A DNA stretch of 64,000 nt, from contig MEOA01000015.1 in assembly GCA_001768515.1 (NCBI GenBank), positions 6,226 through 70,225 on the forward strand, written 5' to 3'. Under the pieces are notes generated by a model. That model saw only the letters and a list, made by a program, of their open reading frames with translations, ran no database searches and was not told the DNA's origin. Shown piece by piece: positions 37,379-47,362 of this stretch (positions within the stretch are counted from its first letter, which is position 1; every line of letters starts with the position of its first letter). The translations under genes and the position numbers were made by a program. This DNA is from Bacteroidetes bacterium GWE2_42_24. Its GTDB lineage: Bacteria > Bacteroidota > Bacteroidia > Bacteroidales > TTA-H9.

Positions 37379-37722
37379 GTTTCCTTGTCCTCCCTATGCT
37401 TACCTGATCTATATTTGACTTTACCTATTAATTATGCATAAAGTTTAGCGTTTTTAATGGTAGCTTAATCCCTTTACAAGCCGACCGTTTCCTGAATATG
37501 GGTTCAGTATGTTTTGCTATATCGTTGGTTGTTAATTTTTTTATTTCTACTGCCAGGATGAAACATGCCATTTTGTGTATATCATGAAGCGTGCACCTAC
37601 GACTCGTAACTATTGACAACAGGCTATATGTTATATGTCCGTACTATCTCAGCGGATCTTGCCCGGCGAAACGATCTCGCCGAAAGTAAACCAGAAACAG
37701 TACAATTAACCCGGCTCTTTGT

Positions 37723-37730
37723 TAACTTTG
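37723..37730 (+). promoter_or_regulatory. -7 promoter box TAACTTTG upstream of dapD
   Basis: Exact TAnnTTTG match 18 nt upstream of the ATG at 37748. Confidence 0.4.
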
Positions 37731-37747
37731 CAATAAGAATTTTTATT

Positions 37748-38563
37748 ATGCATAATTTAAAAAGCACCATTGAAAACGCATGGGATGACCCTCATCAACG
37801 ATCAGAGCCTGTTACCCGGGAGGCTGTCAATGAGGTGATATGTCTTCTTGATAAGGGCAAGGTTCGGGTTGCTGAACCTTTCGGTGATTCCTGGCATGTA
37901 AATGATTGGGTGAAGAAGGCGGTTCTGCTCTATTTTCCACAGCAAATCATGCAGACTATTACCTGTGGGCCTTTGGAGTTTCATGATAAGATTCCGCTTA
38001 AGTCTGATTATGCCGCTCAGGGCGTGAGGGTTGTTCCTCATGCTATCGCACGATATGGTGCCTTTATTTCTCCCGGTGTCATTCTGATGCCTTCGTATGT
38101 GAACATTGGAGCATGGATTGGCCCTGGTACTATGGTTGATACCTGGGCTACTGTTGGGTCATGCGCACAGATTGGTGCCGGTGTCCATCTCAGCGGTGGT
38201 GTGGGTATCGGCGGTGTGCTTGAGCCTGTACAGGCTGCGCCTGTCATTGTGGAGGATGGCTGTTTCCTTGGATCCCGTTGCATTGTGGTTGAAGGCGCTC
38301 ATATTGGCAGGGAGGCAGTACTCGGGGCCAATGTAGTTATCACAGCCTCTACCCATATCATTGATGTTACCGGAAAAAGCCCCGTCGAATACAAAGGTTT
38401 TATCCCTCCACGTTCAGTTGTTATTCCGGGTAGTTACCCGAAGAAATTCCCTGCAGGTGAATACTATGTACCCTGTGCCCTGATTATTGGACAGCGAAAA
38501 CCCGCCACTGATCTTAAAACCAGTCTGAATAATGCCTTGCGTGAGTTTGGTGTAGCCGTCTGA
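37748..38563 (+). CDS. dapD: 2,3,4,5-tetrahydropyridine-2,6-dicarboxylate N-succinyltransferase
   Basis: Start at ATG 37748. Hexapeptide-repeat left-handed beta-helix region (GAWIGPGTMVDTWATVGSCAQIGAGVHLSGGVGIGGVLEP..). 271 aa. Confidence 0.9.
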   Translation: MHNLKSTIENAWDDPHQRSEPVTREAVNEVICLLDKGKVRVAEPFGDSWHVNDWVKKAVLLYFPQQIMQTITCGPLEFHDKIPLKSDYAAQGVRVVPHAIARYGAFISPGVILMPSYVNIGAWIGPGTMVDTWATVGSCAQIGAGVHLSGGVGIGGVLEPVQAAPVIVEDGCFLGSRCIVVEGAHIGREAVLGANVVITASTHIIDVTGKSPVEYKGFIPPRSVVIPGSYPKKFPAGEYYVPCALIIGQRKPATDLKTSLNNALREFGVAV

Positions 38564-38705
38564 ACGGAAGCATTATCTGGAATTTGATAGTCCCGGAAAG
38601 TCGTTCAGTTTCTTGGGGAATTGGTAATTACTCAACCTCAATAGCTTTTAAACCGTCTGCATATTCTTTCTTCTGAGCGGTTTCTTGTTTATTTTAAACC
38701 GAAAA

Positions 38706-39692
38706 ATGAAAAAAATTCTCATCATACAAACTGCTTCAATCGGCGATGTGATACTGGCTACTCCTGTTATCGAAAAATGGCATCGCTACCATCCGGACGA
38801 TGCTGTTGATATCTTGGTGAAAAAGGGGAATGACCGTCTTTTTACTGCACACCCCTTTCTGCGGCATGTTTTAGTATGGAATAAGCAGAATGATAAATAC
38901 AGAAACCTGCTGGAGTTGCTCCGTTTTATTCAACAGGAGCGCTACGACTTGATTATAAACCTTCAGCGGTTTGCATCCTCCGGTTTTCTTACCGCGTTCA
39001 GTCGTGCAGTACATACCAGAGGCTTCAGTAAAAATCCTTTTTCGGTCTTCTTTTCAAAGCGTTTTCCACACTATTTGGATGGCAGGCATGAGGTGGATCG
39101 TAATCTATCTTTGCTATCAGGCCTGGTACCTGAGGGAACTACACCTATGCAGCTATATCCTCCTGCGGATTCCTTTGCAAAAGTTTCGCAATATAAGACT
39201 CATTCATATCTGACGGTAGCTCCCGCCTCTTTGTGGGTTACCAAACAGTTTCCCGCCGTAAAATGGAGCGGGTTTCTTAAACAGGTGACAGATTATCAGG
39301 TTTTATTGTTGGGGAGTAAGGACGACGTTTTGTTGTGTGATTCCATTGTTACAAGTGTTGGCGGGCATCATGTACTAAACCTCGCTGGCAAGCTGTCACT
39401 AATGGATACAGCCGCGCTTATGCGTGATGCCGTTATGAATTATGTAAATGACTCGGCTCCGATGCATCTGGCCTCTGCTATGAATGCTCCTGTTACTGCT
39501 GTTTATTGTAGTACTGTTCCTCATTTTGGATTCGGCCCGCGAAGTGATAACTCATCGGTCATTGAGACAAGTGAATCGCTGGCTTGCCGTCCATGCGGGC
39601 TACACGGATACAAGGAGTGTCCGGAAAAGCATTTTAAATGTGCAACAACGATTGATATAAATAAATTACTAAGCAGACTAAACAATGAATGA
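38706..39692 (+). CDS. Glycosyltransferase family 9 (LPS heptosyltransferase-like)
   Basis: MKKILIIQTASIGDVILATPVIE.. N-terminus and the motif ..YVNDSAPMHLASAM.. are typical of GT9. Confidence 0.8.
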   Translation: MKKILIIQTASIGDVILATPVIEKWHRYHPDDAVDILVKKGNDRLFTAHPFLRHVLVWNKQNDKYRNLLELLRFIQQERYDLIINLQRFASSGFLTAFSRAVHTRGFSKNPFSVFFSKRFPHYLDGRHEVDRNLSLLSGLVPEGTTPMQLYPPADSFAKVSQYKTHSYLTVAPASLWVTKQFPAVKWSGFLKQVTDYQVLLLGSKDDVLLCDSIVTSVGGHHVLNLAGKLSLMDTAALMRDAVMNYVNDSAPMHLASAMNAPVTAVYCSTVPHFGFGPRSDNSSVIETSESLACRPCGLHGYKECPEKHFKCATTIDINKLLSRLNNE

Positions 39693-40263
39693 GGAACTGA
39701 TCAATGCCGACCTTGATCAGTCGGTTGATGCTTTACGAAAGGGTGGCGTGATTTTATATCCTACCGATACCATCTGGGGACTTGGTTGCGATGCCACCAA
39801 CAGCAAAGCTGTTGAGAAAATCTATACGATCAAGAAACGTAATGAAGGTAAAAGTCTCATTATTCTGGTTGACGGTGAAGAGATGTTAACTCATTACGTT
39901 CAATCGGTGCCTGCGATTGTGCACGATTTGATCGAACAATATGACAGACCACTGACTATCATATACCCTGACGCACGGAACCTGCCTAAAAATCTTATAG
40001 CGCCCGATGGTAGTATTGCCATCCGTATCGTACGCAATGTATTCTGTAGAGGTATGATTGCTCAATTTGGCAAGCCAATTACCTCTACATCGGCCAATGT
40101 CTCGGGCTTGCCTTCCCCGGCTTCTTTTCAAGCGATCCCGGAAGAGGTTATCCTGGCTGTTGATTATACCGTAGCGCATGGACGTGATGATCTGAAAGCT
40201 ACTTTTCCTTCTACCATTATTCGAATTGATACCAATGGAGAATTTGAAATTATCAGGAGTTGA
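39685..40263 (+). CDS. tsaC: L-threonylcarbamoyladenylate synthase (TsaC/YrdC family)
   Basis: GGVILYPTDTIWGLGCDA and ..TSTSANVSG.. motifs. It overlaps the GT9 stop by 8 nt. Confidence 0.85.
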   Translation: MNEELINADLDQSVDALRKGGVILYPTDTIWGLGCDATNSKAVEKIYTIKKRNEGKSLIILVDGEEMLTHYVQSVPAIVHDLIEQYDRPLTIIYPDARNLPKNLIAPDGSIAIRIVRNVFCRGMIAQFGKPITSTSANVSGLPSPASFQAIPEEVILAVDYTVAHGRDDLKATFPSTIIRIDTNGEFEIIRS

Positions 40264-40270
40264 TACCCAA

Positions 40271-41071
40271 ATGCCTGTAGTGGCTTTGGTACAGTTTGCT
40301 CCGCTTTTGGGTAATATTGAAGCAAACATCAGCAGGATTGGTTTGCTGCTTAATAAAGTGAAGGCTGATGTCGTTGTATTACCTGAACTTGCCTCAAGCG
40401 GCTATGCTTTTTCCGACAGGAACGAAGCTTTTCAATGCGCTGAGACGGTTTATGATTCTGTGTACATCAGGTTTTTAACATCTCGTGCTGCCGACGGAAA
40501 CTATTTTATTGTTTCGGGTTTTAACGAAAGAGATGGTGACAGGTTGTTCAATACAGCCATCTTGGTGGGGCCTTCAGGATTCATTGGAAAGTATCGTAAA
40601 ATGCACCTCTTCTGGAATGAAGCAGATCTTTTTGAACCTGGTGACACTGGATTGCCTGTTTTTGAAATTGCCGGAATAAAATTGGGAATGCTGGTATGCT
40701 TCGATTGGATGTTCCCTGAAGTCTGGCGTATACTGGCACTTAAAGGAGTTGATCTGGTGGCGCATCCTTCAAACCTTGTCTTACCTTTCTGTCAGCAGGC
40801 TGTGGCCGTACATGCCCTGTGTAACCGGTTTTATGTGGCGACTGCCAACCGTATCGGAAGTGAACGTGATCTGCACTTTACCGGTGGTTCGGTACTTGTC
40901 TCTCCGCTGGGGGAAACCCTGGTTAAAGGACCACTGGAGGATCCGTTTGTTGGAAATCAGGCGATTGATCTCACCTTTAGCCGTAACAAGAATATTACTC
41001 CGAGAAATACTCTTAAAGAAAGCAGGCGCCCTGAATGCTACACCTTTCTCACTTCGGAGAAGAAGAATTGA
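40271..41071 (+). CDS. Carbon-nitrogen hydrolase (nitrilase superfamily)
   Basis: Start at ATG 40271. The catalytic triad contexts are LPELASSGY (Glu), YRKMHLF (Lys) and LVCFDWMFPE (Cys). Confidence 0.85.
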   Translation: MPVVALVQFAPLLGNIEANISRIGLLLNKVKADVVVLPELASSGYAFSDRNEAFQCAETVYDSVYIRFLTSRAADGNYFIVSGFNERDGDRLFNTAILVGPSGFIGKYRKMHLFWNEADLFEPGDTGLPVFEIAGIKLGMLVCFDWMFPEVWRILALKGVDLVAHPSNLVLPFCQQAVAVHALCNRFYVATANRIGSERDLHFTGGSVLVSPLGETLVKGPLEDPFVGNQAIDLTFSRNKNITPRNTLKESRRPECYTFLTSEKKN

Positions 41072-41120
41072 AGGGTTAGGATTCCCCGCTTCTTCACTTA
41101 ATCATCCGGTTGTCAACAAT

Positions 41121-41152
41121 AAAAACGCTCCGCAGGTATAATCTGCGGAGCG
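41121..41152 (-). terminator. Rho-independent terminator of the giant T9SS cargo gene
   Basis: CGCTCCGCAG-gtataat-CTGCGGAGCG, a 10-bp stem. On the minus strand it is followed by TTTTTATTGTTG. Confidence 0.75.
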
Positions 41153-41175
41153 GGCTTGCTGAATCACACCTGTCC

Positions 41176-44100
41176 TTACCGTGCAATGGTAAGTTTTCGG
41201 ATCAGGGTTGTTCCTGTGCTTGTTTTAAGTCTCAGGAGGTAAACTCCTGAAGATATTGTTGATGTATTTAACTTCAATCTACCCGATGAGTGTCCGAGTT
41301 CGGTGAAGAATACCTCATTACCCAGTGCAGTTATCAAACTCAACCTGCCTTTGTCTTCTTTTGCTATATGCCATGCTATTTCGGCATATTGATTTGCCGG
41401 ATTGGGACCTACTGTGAAAAGACAGGCGCCATCCTCTTCCTGTTGCCCGATTGTAATGTCGCTTTGAACTTCGTTACTCATGGCAGATTCGCAATTTCCT
41501 CCGTGAATCGCAGAAACCGTGTAATAATGAATCAGGTCAAACCCGGGGATGTCAATATAGAAGGTGTCTGCAACTGGTGAGGAGTTCAGAAATACTCCGT
41601 CACGGTATATCTGGTAACCATTCACTGAGCGTGAATCATCATCGGGCGAACTCCATAGTAAACCAGCATCTGGAAATGTGTTCACATCAGAAAGCCCTGC
41701 CAGTATGATGGCATTGGAATCGGATGACAGGGTCAGCAAACCCGTTGTCTCTCCCGCAGGGATGGCTCTTAGAGCCAATTTGCCATCAACTGGCCAGTCC
41801 AGACCGCGGGAAGGGCTTATCTCAATCCATCCCTCAGCTACAGGGGCTGTAATATTAACTGTATCCATTAAGTTAAGGCCTTCTGAAGAAGATACAATGA
41901 AAGAATAGTTCTCGCTTTTAAGCCTGCCGGCATTATAAATTTTTAACGATGCGAGTCCGTTCCCACTGGCCGAAACAAAAGAGAGACTGGCCTCATTCAC
42001 TCTGACATCTGTCGGAATACCATTCCATGGGCGGATAAATAAGGGGACAGTTTTGCTGGTAAGGCAGTCGGGGGCTTCCCAGTTAAGCGTTATACCCTCA
42101 GTCGCCTGGTTTAAGGTAAGTCCTATAGGCGCCTTGCAAACCGGATCTATTCTGATGTTGTCCATCATCCATGAACCCAATAAGGACGAGTTATTACCCC
42201 ATGCCTTGAATCTTAGACGAAACGGCTCACTATTCCAGAGGGTTATATCAGTAGAAACAGGTGTCCATTCAAACGACTCCTGTGCCTGATACTGATGAAG
42301 TGGTATCCATTGGCCACCAGCAAAGATATCAACATCAAAGTGGTTTTCGGAAGTTCCGTTGCATAGGAGCTTTAGGTCGAAAGAAAGAAGAATGTCGGCA
42401 CAATCGAATAAGGAAGCTGAGAAGTAAGGGCTTAACATTGCATAGCTGTATTCGCTGAAAACAGGCGTGCCGTTGAAGGCAGCACAGAACCCGCTCTTGC
42501 CGGAAGTTGGTGTGATTGACCAGTTTCCCTGAGAAGGATCAAATATCCAGTTGTTATCTTCGAACGACATGGCAGACCAATCCTCATTAAATGGGATCAT
42601 CATTGCATCGGAATTCTGAACGGTGTCACAGAGAACCATGCGCGATCTGAGTGTGTCACCTCCTGGAAAGGTGTTATAGCAAACTGTAACACCATAGATA
42701 AGAGCAGTATCTGGTATGCCTTCATCGGTGTAACCAATGGCAGACTGTTCTGCAAACGAGATTAGCGAATCATTCCGAACCACTTCATATCCAAGTTTGT
42801 TAAGTATCGTACCTGAAGGGAGGGGTGGTGGAACCCATCCCACATACCCCGTCCCCTCTGTCGCGGTCGCCCATGCGTCATCAACCGGAGGCAGGTACCC
42901 TGAAGCGAATGTAAGTGACGCGCAGGCTGAATCACCAGGATACATGGCACAAACTGTGGCAATATGTTCTGTCCCATAAGCAAGCAACGATGACGGGAGT
43001 AAACAGGTGGTATCCTGAGTAGTAAGAATATAATTGCCGTCGAGAGAAACATTGTAACCCTCGAAACAGGGTGATGGGTCAACATAAAAAGCATCAATTA
43101 ATATATTGTCGATGTACCAGTAATTTATGTCATTGCTGTTAACACCTCTGGCTACAAATGAGAGATATTCAGGTTGGTAACCATAATCGACGATTATACT
43201 TTCATGACGCCAATCAAAACTGCCATTTAGGTTCGAATAAGTACACAAGGGCGAAGAAGAGTACCCGTTTATTTCTACCGCCATTGTATTCTCATTTGTT
43301 GTCGCATAATTATCAAGTTTTAAGTCAAATCTAATTCTAATTTTATTTGATAATGGATTAATTACTTGACCGGTTGCGAATCTAATCCTTGATTCATAAT
43401 TTGTGAGTTGAGGCGACCAGCTAAATCTGGCAGAAAGTGAGTCTTGTCCCGATTGTTCAACGCCCCAGTTTGCCCCATGGTTTACGCAGGAAGCTGGCCA
43501 GGTTCCTTCATTAAAGTTTACCTGCAATAATGTATCCAGATAAATTGGCTGAATTCTCCAGGCTAATCGGGCAGTGGTGGTGTCAATTTTTAGCTCTCCG
43601 GGTGAAGGAGTTAGTAATTGAGGGAAGAGGCTGACAATAGTATCATTGTAAATTGTTATTGTATCAACTATCAAACCATAGTTTGGACTATAAACTTTCA
43701 GTTGGTATCTGCCATTCCAGACCGCAGGGAATGTGAGCTGGTTACCTGTTGAACTAAGAATATAAACTGAATCATATAGATAGTTAATAAGGACTATGTC
43801 AAATCTCGAAGTATCACCAGTACAATCGCGGTTGAATATAAAAGTAACCGAGTCTACCCAATTTTTACCCACAACCGGTGAAAAGTAGAATTCTGATTTT
43901 CTGTTCATGGAGTACACTACTCTGTTTGCCCAACGATAGCCATTGTCAGGAAGCTGTGGCCAATTGGTATCGGCGAATACTAAACTATCCGACTCCCCAA
44001 GAAAAGTAAAAAGCGCGGGTTGCGGTTCATCACCCTGCTTTACTCTGAAAAATTCGTAACTAACAGGACCAACGGCCTCTTTTCCTCCAATTATCGGATT

Positions 44101-45456
44101 TATTTCGTTTGTCTCGCAAGTTGCCCGTATGAGAAAATTTCCTCCGGTATAGGGTTGCCAGCCATTAACAGCGTCATAGATATAGCTTCTGCCACTCGAT
44201 GATTGATCCACCCCGATTTTTGTGCTGTTAATTAAAGGCGAACCTAAGGCTATACAAAAGTTTCCATCGAACATTTTATTGGGTAAAAACAGATTATATA
44301 GTTGCCATTTTTCTGTACTCATTGTCCAAATTTCCATTGAATCAACAGGAGTAGCAGGTAAACCAGTTGATCTATCAATAGGCATCTGGTATACATAACA
44401 GCCCATGATACTGTTATCATTATTATAAATGCTAATATCGCACGGGAAGAGCTTCTCATTGGAAGGGAGGCTGTCGAAAAAAACGGCATATCGTTTCCCC
44501 TGCTCCATTGTTATATATGATTCAGCGGTACCATCATCGTGAATGTATTCGATTTTTTTTATAGGTAATTTCCACTTTATGATAACCTCTGTCTGATCCG
44601 GAGACAGAACGGCATATCCATATTGGCTCGGGGGGAGTGATTCCAGCATGGCGAAGTTACGAGCTAAAGGCTGTCCATTGGGGAAATTCAGGCTAATGGT
44701 CATATCCTGATAACCTGGCTTTTGAATCCGCACCACGTTCTGACCGGCTGGTATATTTTCGAATGAGAATGTCCCGTTGGGAATTGTCCATTCTGAAACA
44801 GATGGGTTACTTACGGTTCCGGGAAAGAAGATTCTGGCACCATGTATAGGCTCTTGTGTAACAGAGTCATAAACGATTCCTGAGAAAGAGCTGTGTCCCA
44901 ATAAGATTCCAATGTTTGGCCTGTAGTTTAACAACGCTGTTCCTCCTGGTAGGCAATTATTGGATACTGGTTTCGCTGTCCGGCCTGAAATAAGTGATGC
45001 TTTGACCATGCTGGTTGCACCATCGGTTTCAACATGCGGACAAAAATTAACCAACAGGTTTTTACTGCCATTCCAGTAAAAGCTGCCATTGATTGGTATG
45101 GTTATCTCTCCCAGTGAACCCATCAAAATTGTTTTAACTGCGGTTTTGCTTTCGGATGAAAAATCTGCGGATGCAGCCGTTGTTGCATCTGTATTCCCAA
45201 TTTCAACTGACAAAGTGATGTTTGTGCTGGCAGGGGTTGAAAGAAATAACCTGATTTCAGTCACATAACCGGGTGTTCCGCCTCCGGCTATTAATTCTTC
45301 TTTTTTGATTAAAACAGTAGTTGCTTTTTGAGCTCCATAAGTTGTGTAGAGAGGGTATTCGGTCTCGTAATTTCCATTTCCGATCCAGAGGATACTTTGT
45401 GCATTTAAGGAGAGGGATATTAAAAAGTATGTCAGGAGAAATAGCAGGTGTTTCAT
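41176..45456 (-). CDS. Giant secreted/surface protein, T9SS type A CTD cargo
   Basis: 1426 aa with signal peptide MKHLLFLLTYFLISLSLNAQ. It has a CarboxypepD_reg-like segment (GIVYDSVTQEPIHGARIFFPG) and repeated MAM/choice-of-anchor-like module ends (WYIDNILID, WMMDNIRID). The C-terminal type A sorting domain is ..VGPNPANQYAEIAW...GVYLLRLKTSTGTTLIRKLTIAR. Confidence 0.85.
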   Translation of the reverse strand: MKHLLFLLTYFLISLSLNAQSILWIGNGNYETEYPLYTTYGAQKATTVLIKKEELIAGGGTPGYVTEIRLFLSTPASTNITLSVEIGNTDATTAASADFSSESKTAVKTILMGSLGEITIPINGSFYWNGSKNLLVNFCPHVETDGATSMVKASLISGRTAKPVSNNCLPGGTALLNYRPNIGILLGHSSFSGIVYDSVTQEPIHGARIFFPGTVSNPSVSEWTIPNGTFSFENIPAGQNVVRIQKPGYQDMTISLNFPNGQPLARNFAMLESLPPSQYGYAVLSPDQTEVIIKWKLPIKKIEYIHDDGTAESYITMEQGKRYAVFFDSLPSNEKLFPCDISIYNNDNSIMGCYVYQMPIDRSTGLPATPVDSMEIWTMSTEKWQLYNLFLPNKMFDGNFCIALGSPLINSTKIGVDQSSSGRSYIYDAVNGWQPYTGGNFLIRATCETNEINPIIGGKEAVGPVSYEFFRVKQGDEPQPALFTFLGESDSLVFADTNWPQLPDNGYRWANRVVYSMNRKSEFYFSPVVGKNWVDSVTFIFNRDCTGDTSRFDIVLINYLYDSVYILSSTGNQLTFPAVWNGRYQLKVYSPNYGLIVDTITIYNDTIVSLFPQLLTPSPGELKIDTTTARLAWRIQPIYLDTLLQVNFNEGTWPASCVNHGANWGVEQSGQDSLSARFSWSPQLTNYESRIRFATGQVINPLSNKIRIRFDLKLDNYATTNENTMAVEINGYSSSPLCTYSNLNGSFDWRHESIIVDYGYQPEYLSFVARGVNSNDINYWYIDNILIDAFYVDPSPCFEGYNVSLDGNYILTTQDTTCLLPSSLLAYGTEHIATVCAMYPGDSACASLTFASGYLPPVDDAWATATEGTGYVGWVPPPLPSGTILNKLGYEVVRNDSLISFAEQSAIGYTDEGIPDTALIYGVTVCYNTFPGGDTLRSRMVLCDTVQNSDAMMIPFNEDWSAMSFEDNNWIFDPSQGNWSITPTSGKSGFCAAFNGTPVFSEYSYAMLSPYFSASLFDCADILLSFDLKLLCNGTSENHFDVDIFAGGQWIPLHQYQAQESFEWTPVSTDITLWNSEPFRLRFKAWGNNSSLLGSWMMDNIRIDPVCKAPIGLTLNQATEGITLNWEAPDCLTSKTVPLFIRPWNGIPTDVRVNEASLSFVSASGNGLASLKIYNAGRLKSENYSFIVSSSEGLNLMDTVNITAPVAEGWIEISPSRGLDWPVDGKLALRAIPAGETTGLLTLSSDSNAIILAGLSDVNTFPDAGLLWSSPDDDSRSVNGYQIYRDGVFLNSSPVADTFYIDIPGFDLIHYYTVSAIHGGNCESAMSNEVQSDITIGQQEEDGACLFTVGPNPANQYAEIAWHIAKEDKGRLSLITALGNEVFFTELGHSSGRLKLNTSTISSGVYLLRLKTSTGTTLIRKLTIAR

Positions 45457-46164
45457 TTTCTGAAGATCGTTTCGTATATATCAACTTGGTTGTATTAAAT
45501 ATACAGACTACGATAATATATTTTGGTTGCCTGTAATTTAAACTATTTGAAAAATGTTCTTTTCTGATGAATCCCCAAGAGAAGTATTGATGTTCTTCTT
45601 TGTAATGATCATACCATCGTGAGTATTCGGATCACGATTGTTTCATCGGTTGCATTATTTGTTGGATTGAATCCACATGGGAAAAAACCACATTTTTCTA
45701 CTACAAACCACAAAACACGAAAAGTACTGACAAACAGTAGTTAAACATAGCGCCGGTTCGTTGTCGCTTCGAAGTAGCTTCGAAGGCGCTTCGTGTTTTC
45801 ACGAAACGGGAACGAAGCAACTATGAAGCGGTTTCAAATGCAGTATGACTATGATTTAACTCATGTATTAAAAAGAACAGAACAGCTTCTTATCGTTAAA
45901 AGAAAAGTTAGCCTGTGCGAATTATGCTTCTTGCCCGGAATTCTGCATGCCGGCTGCCTCAGGCAAATGCTGATGGCTTAATGGTTAATAAAAGTCGGGA
46001 AACAGCCACATGAAAAGTGCTTCAATGGCCTGTTGTTTAGCTATGATTCACACATGAAAACAAGCTGATTACCGAACAGGATAATAATGAGGGAAGAAAT
46101 GGCTTATCTCGGTTTATTAGTTTTATTAAAAAAACTTTATCAATTGTTTCGACCGGGAAATAAA

Positions 46165-46198
46165 ATAAAAAACGCCCTGCTTCGTGGTTAGCAGGGCG
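46165..46198 (-). terminator. Rho-independent terminator downstream of anmK
   Basis: Minus strand reads CGCCCTGC-taaccacgaa-GCAGGGCG followed by TTTTTTATTTTATTT. Confidence 0.75.
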
Positions 46199-46300
46199 CA
46201 TGCAGCAAATTTGGATGTCTGTTAAACTAAAATGTTGTGAAGCTTATGTTGCCTTAAAGACTGCAATTTTAGTTTAAAGTTGCCTGAGTGCTGAAAATTT

Positions 46301-47362
46301 TTATGGCAGGTAGACAGCTCCGCCACAGGATGCCCTGATGGCTCCTGTTACATCGGCTATTATGTTGTTTCGATGCTCCATTCTCAGGAGGCCCAGAAAG
46401 GCGAAAATCAATGCTTCTTTGAAGTCGATGATCTGACGGGCGGGTATTTCGACGGTGAGTTGCGTGTGTGACCTGATTTCCTCCATGAGGAAGCTGTTTA
46501 GTGCGCCGCCACCTGTTGTAAGAACAGTCCCGAAATCTTTGCCGGGGAATGCCGCAGCAATGGTCCGTGCAATCCATCGTGTCAGGGTGTGCAATAAATC
46601 TTCGGGTTGTGTTTGCCAGGGAGTTATTAATGGTAGAAAATGGTCGGTAAACCATTCCCTTCCCAGCGATTTTGGAGGGGCTAAGGCGAACCAGTGCAGA
46701 TTTGACAGTTGAGCGGCTAGTCCCGGAATCTCTTTGCCGTTGCGGGCAATGGCTCCATCCTTGTCCATCGGAAGCCCCAGCCAGCCGGCTGCCATGTTCA
46801 GTGCCATATTGGCGGGACAGATATCCCATGCAAGTCGTTGGCCGGCCATCCTTAAAGATAGGTTGGCAATTCCTCCGATGTTAAGGCATACCGTGTAATG
46901 TCCGAAGAGCCATTCATCCCCGATGGGGACGAGTGGTGCTCCCTGACCACCCAGTGCTACATCGGTTGACCGGAAATCGCAAACCACCGGCAATCCTGTA
47001 ACAGCTGCCAATGAGGCGCCAGAGCCAATTTGAAAGGTATATCCGTGTTGAGGGTCATGAAAGATGGTATGTCCATGCGATGCAATGAAGGACGGGTTTA
47101 CGCGATGTTGGCTGATGAATTTCTTCGCCATCTTTCCCGTTTCCAGACCATAGGAAGCATGCCGTCGGGCAAGTTCAGCGGCAGTACCCTGCATCAGGAG
47201 GGTAATTTCGGCTGCCCATCCTTCAGGGTAGGGAAGTGTTTCGGCAGCTTCTATCTTGAAATGCCACCGCTGATCATACCAGAAGCGGCAACAGGCTATG
47301 TCGAGTCCATCCATTGAAGAGCCCGACATCAGCCCCAGTACGCTGACGGGTTTTTGCGTCAT
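46301..47362 (-). CDS. anmK: Anhydro-N-acetylmuramic acid kinase
   Basis: The N-terminus VLGLMSGSSMDGLDIA is the AnmK hallmark. 353 aa. The start overlaps the murF stop (ATGA). Confidence 0.9.
   Translation of the reverse strand: MTQKPVSVLGLMSGSSMDGLDIACCRFWYDQRWHFKIEAAETLPYPEGWAAEITLLMQGTAAELARRHASYGLETGKMAKKFISQHRVNPSFIASHGHTIFHDPQHGYTFQIGSGASLAAVTGLPVVCDFRSTDVALGGQGAPLVPIGDEWLFGHYTVCLNIGGIANLSLRMAGQRLAWDICPANMALNMAAGWLGLPMDKDGAIARNGKEIPGLAAQLSNLHWFALAPPKSLGREWFTDHFLPLITPWQTQPEDLLHTLTRWIARTIAAAFPGKDFGTVLTTGGGALNSFLMEEIRSHTQLTVEIPARQIIDFKEALIFAFLGLLRMEHRNNIIADVTGAIRASCGGAVYLP

Noticed and set aside
37428-37619. 63-aa minus-strand ORF between gldJ and dapD.
   Set aside because: It lies in an AT-rich promoter region, has no motif and no plausible start context, and is probably spurious.
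45790-45805. parS-like sequence TTCGTGTTTTCACGAA (resembles half of TGTTTCACGTGAAACA).
   Set aside because: It is not the 16-bp palindromic parS (the central GT is missing and the arms differ). It lies 25 kb from parAB. It is better explained as a hairpin within the structured leader.
45793-45981. 62-aa ORF in the long leader upstream of the giant cargo gene.
   Set aside because: It has a non-ATG start in the track, no recognisable motif and an odd composition, and it overlaps the hairpin-rich region. There is not enough support to call a gene.
46269-46829. 186-aa ORF on the same strand as anmK but in another frame.
   Set aside because: It is fully embedded in anmK, whose frame carries the diagnostic motifs. 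The alternative frame is Arg/Ser/Gly-rich with no signal.
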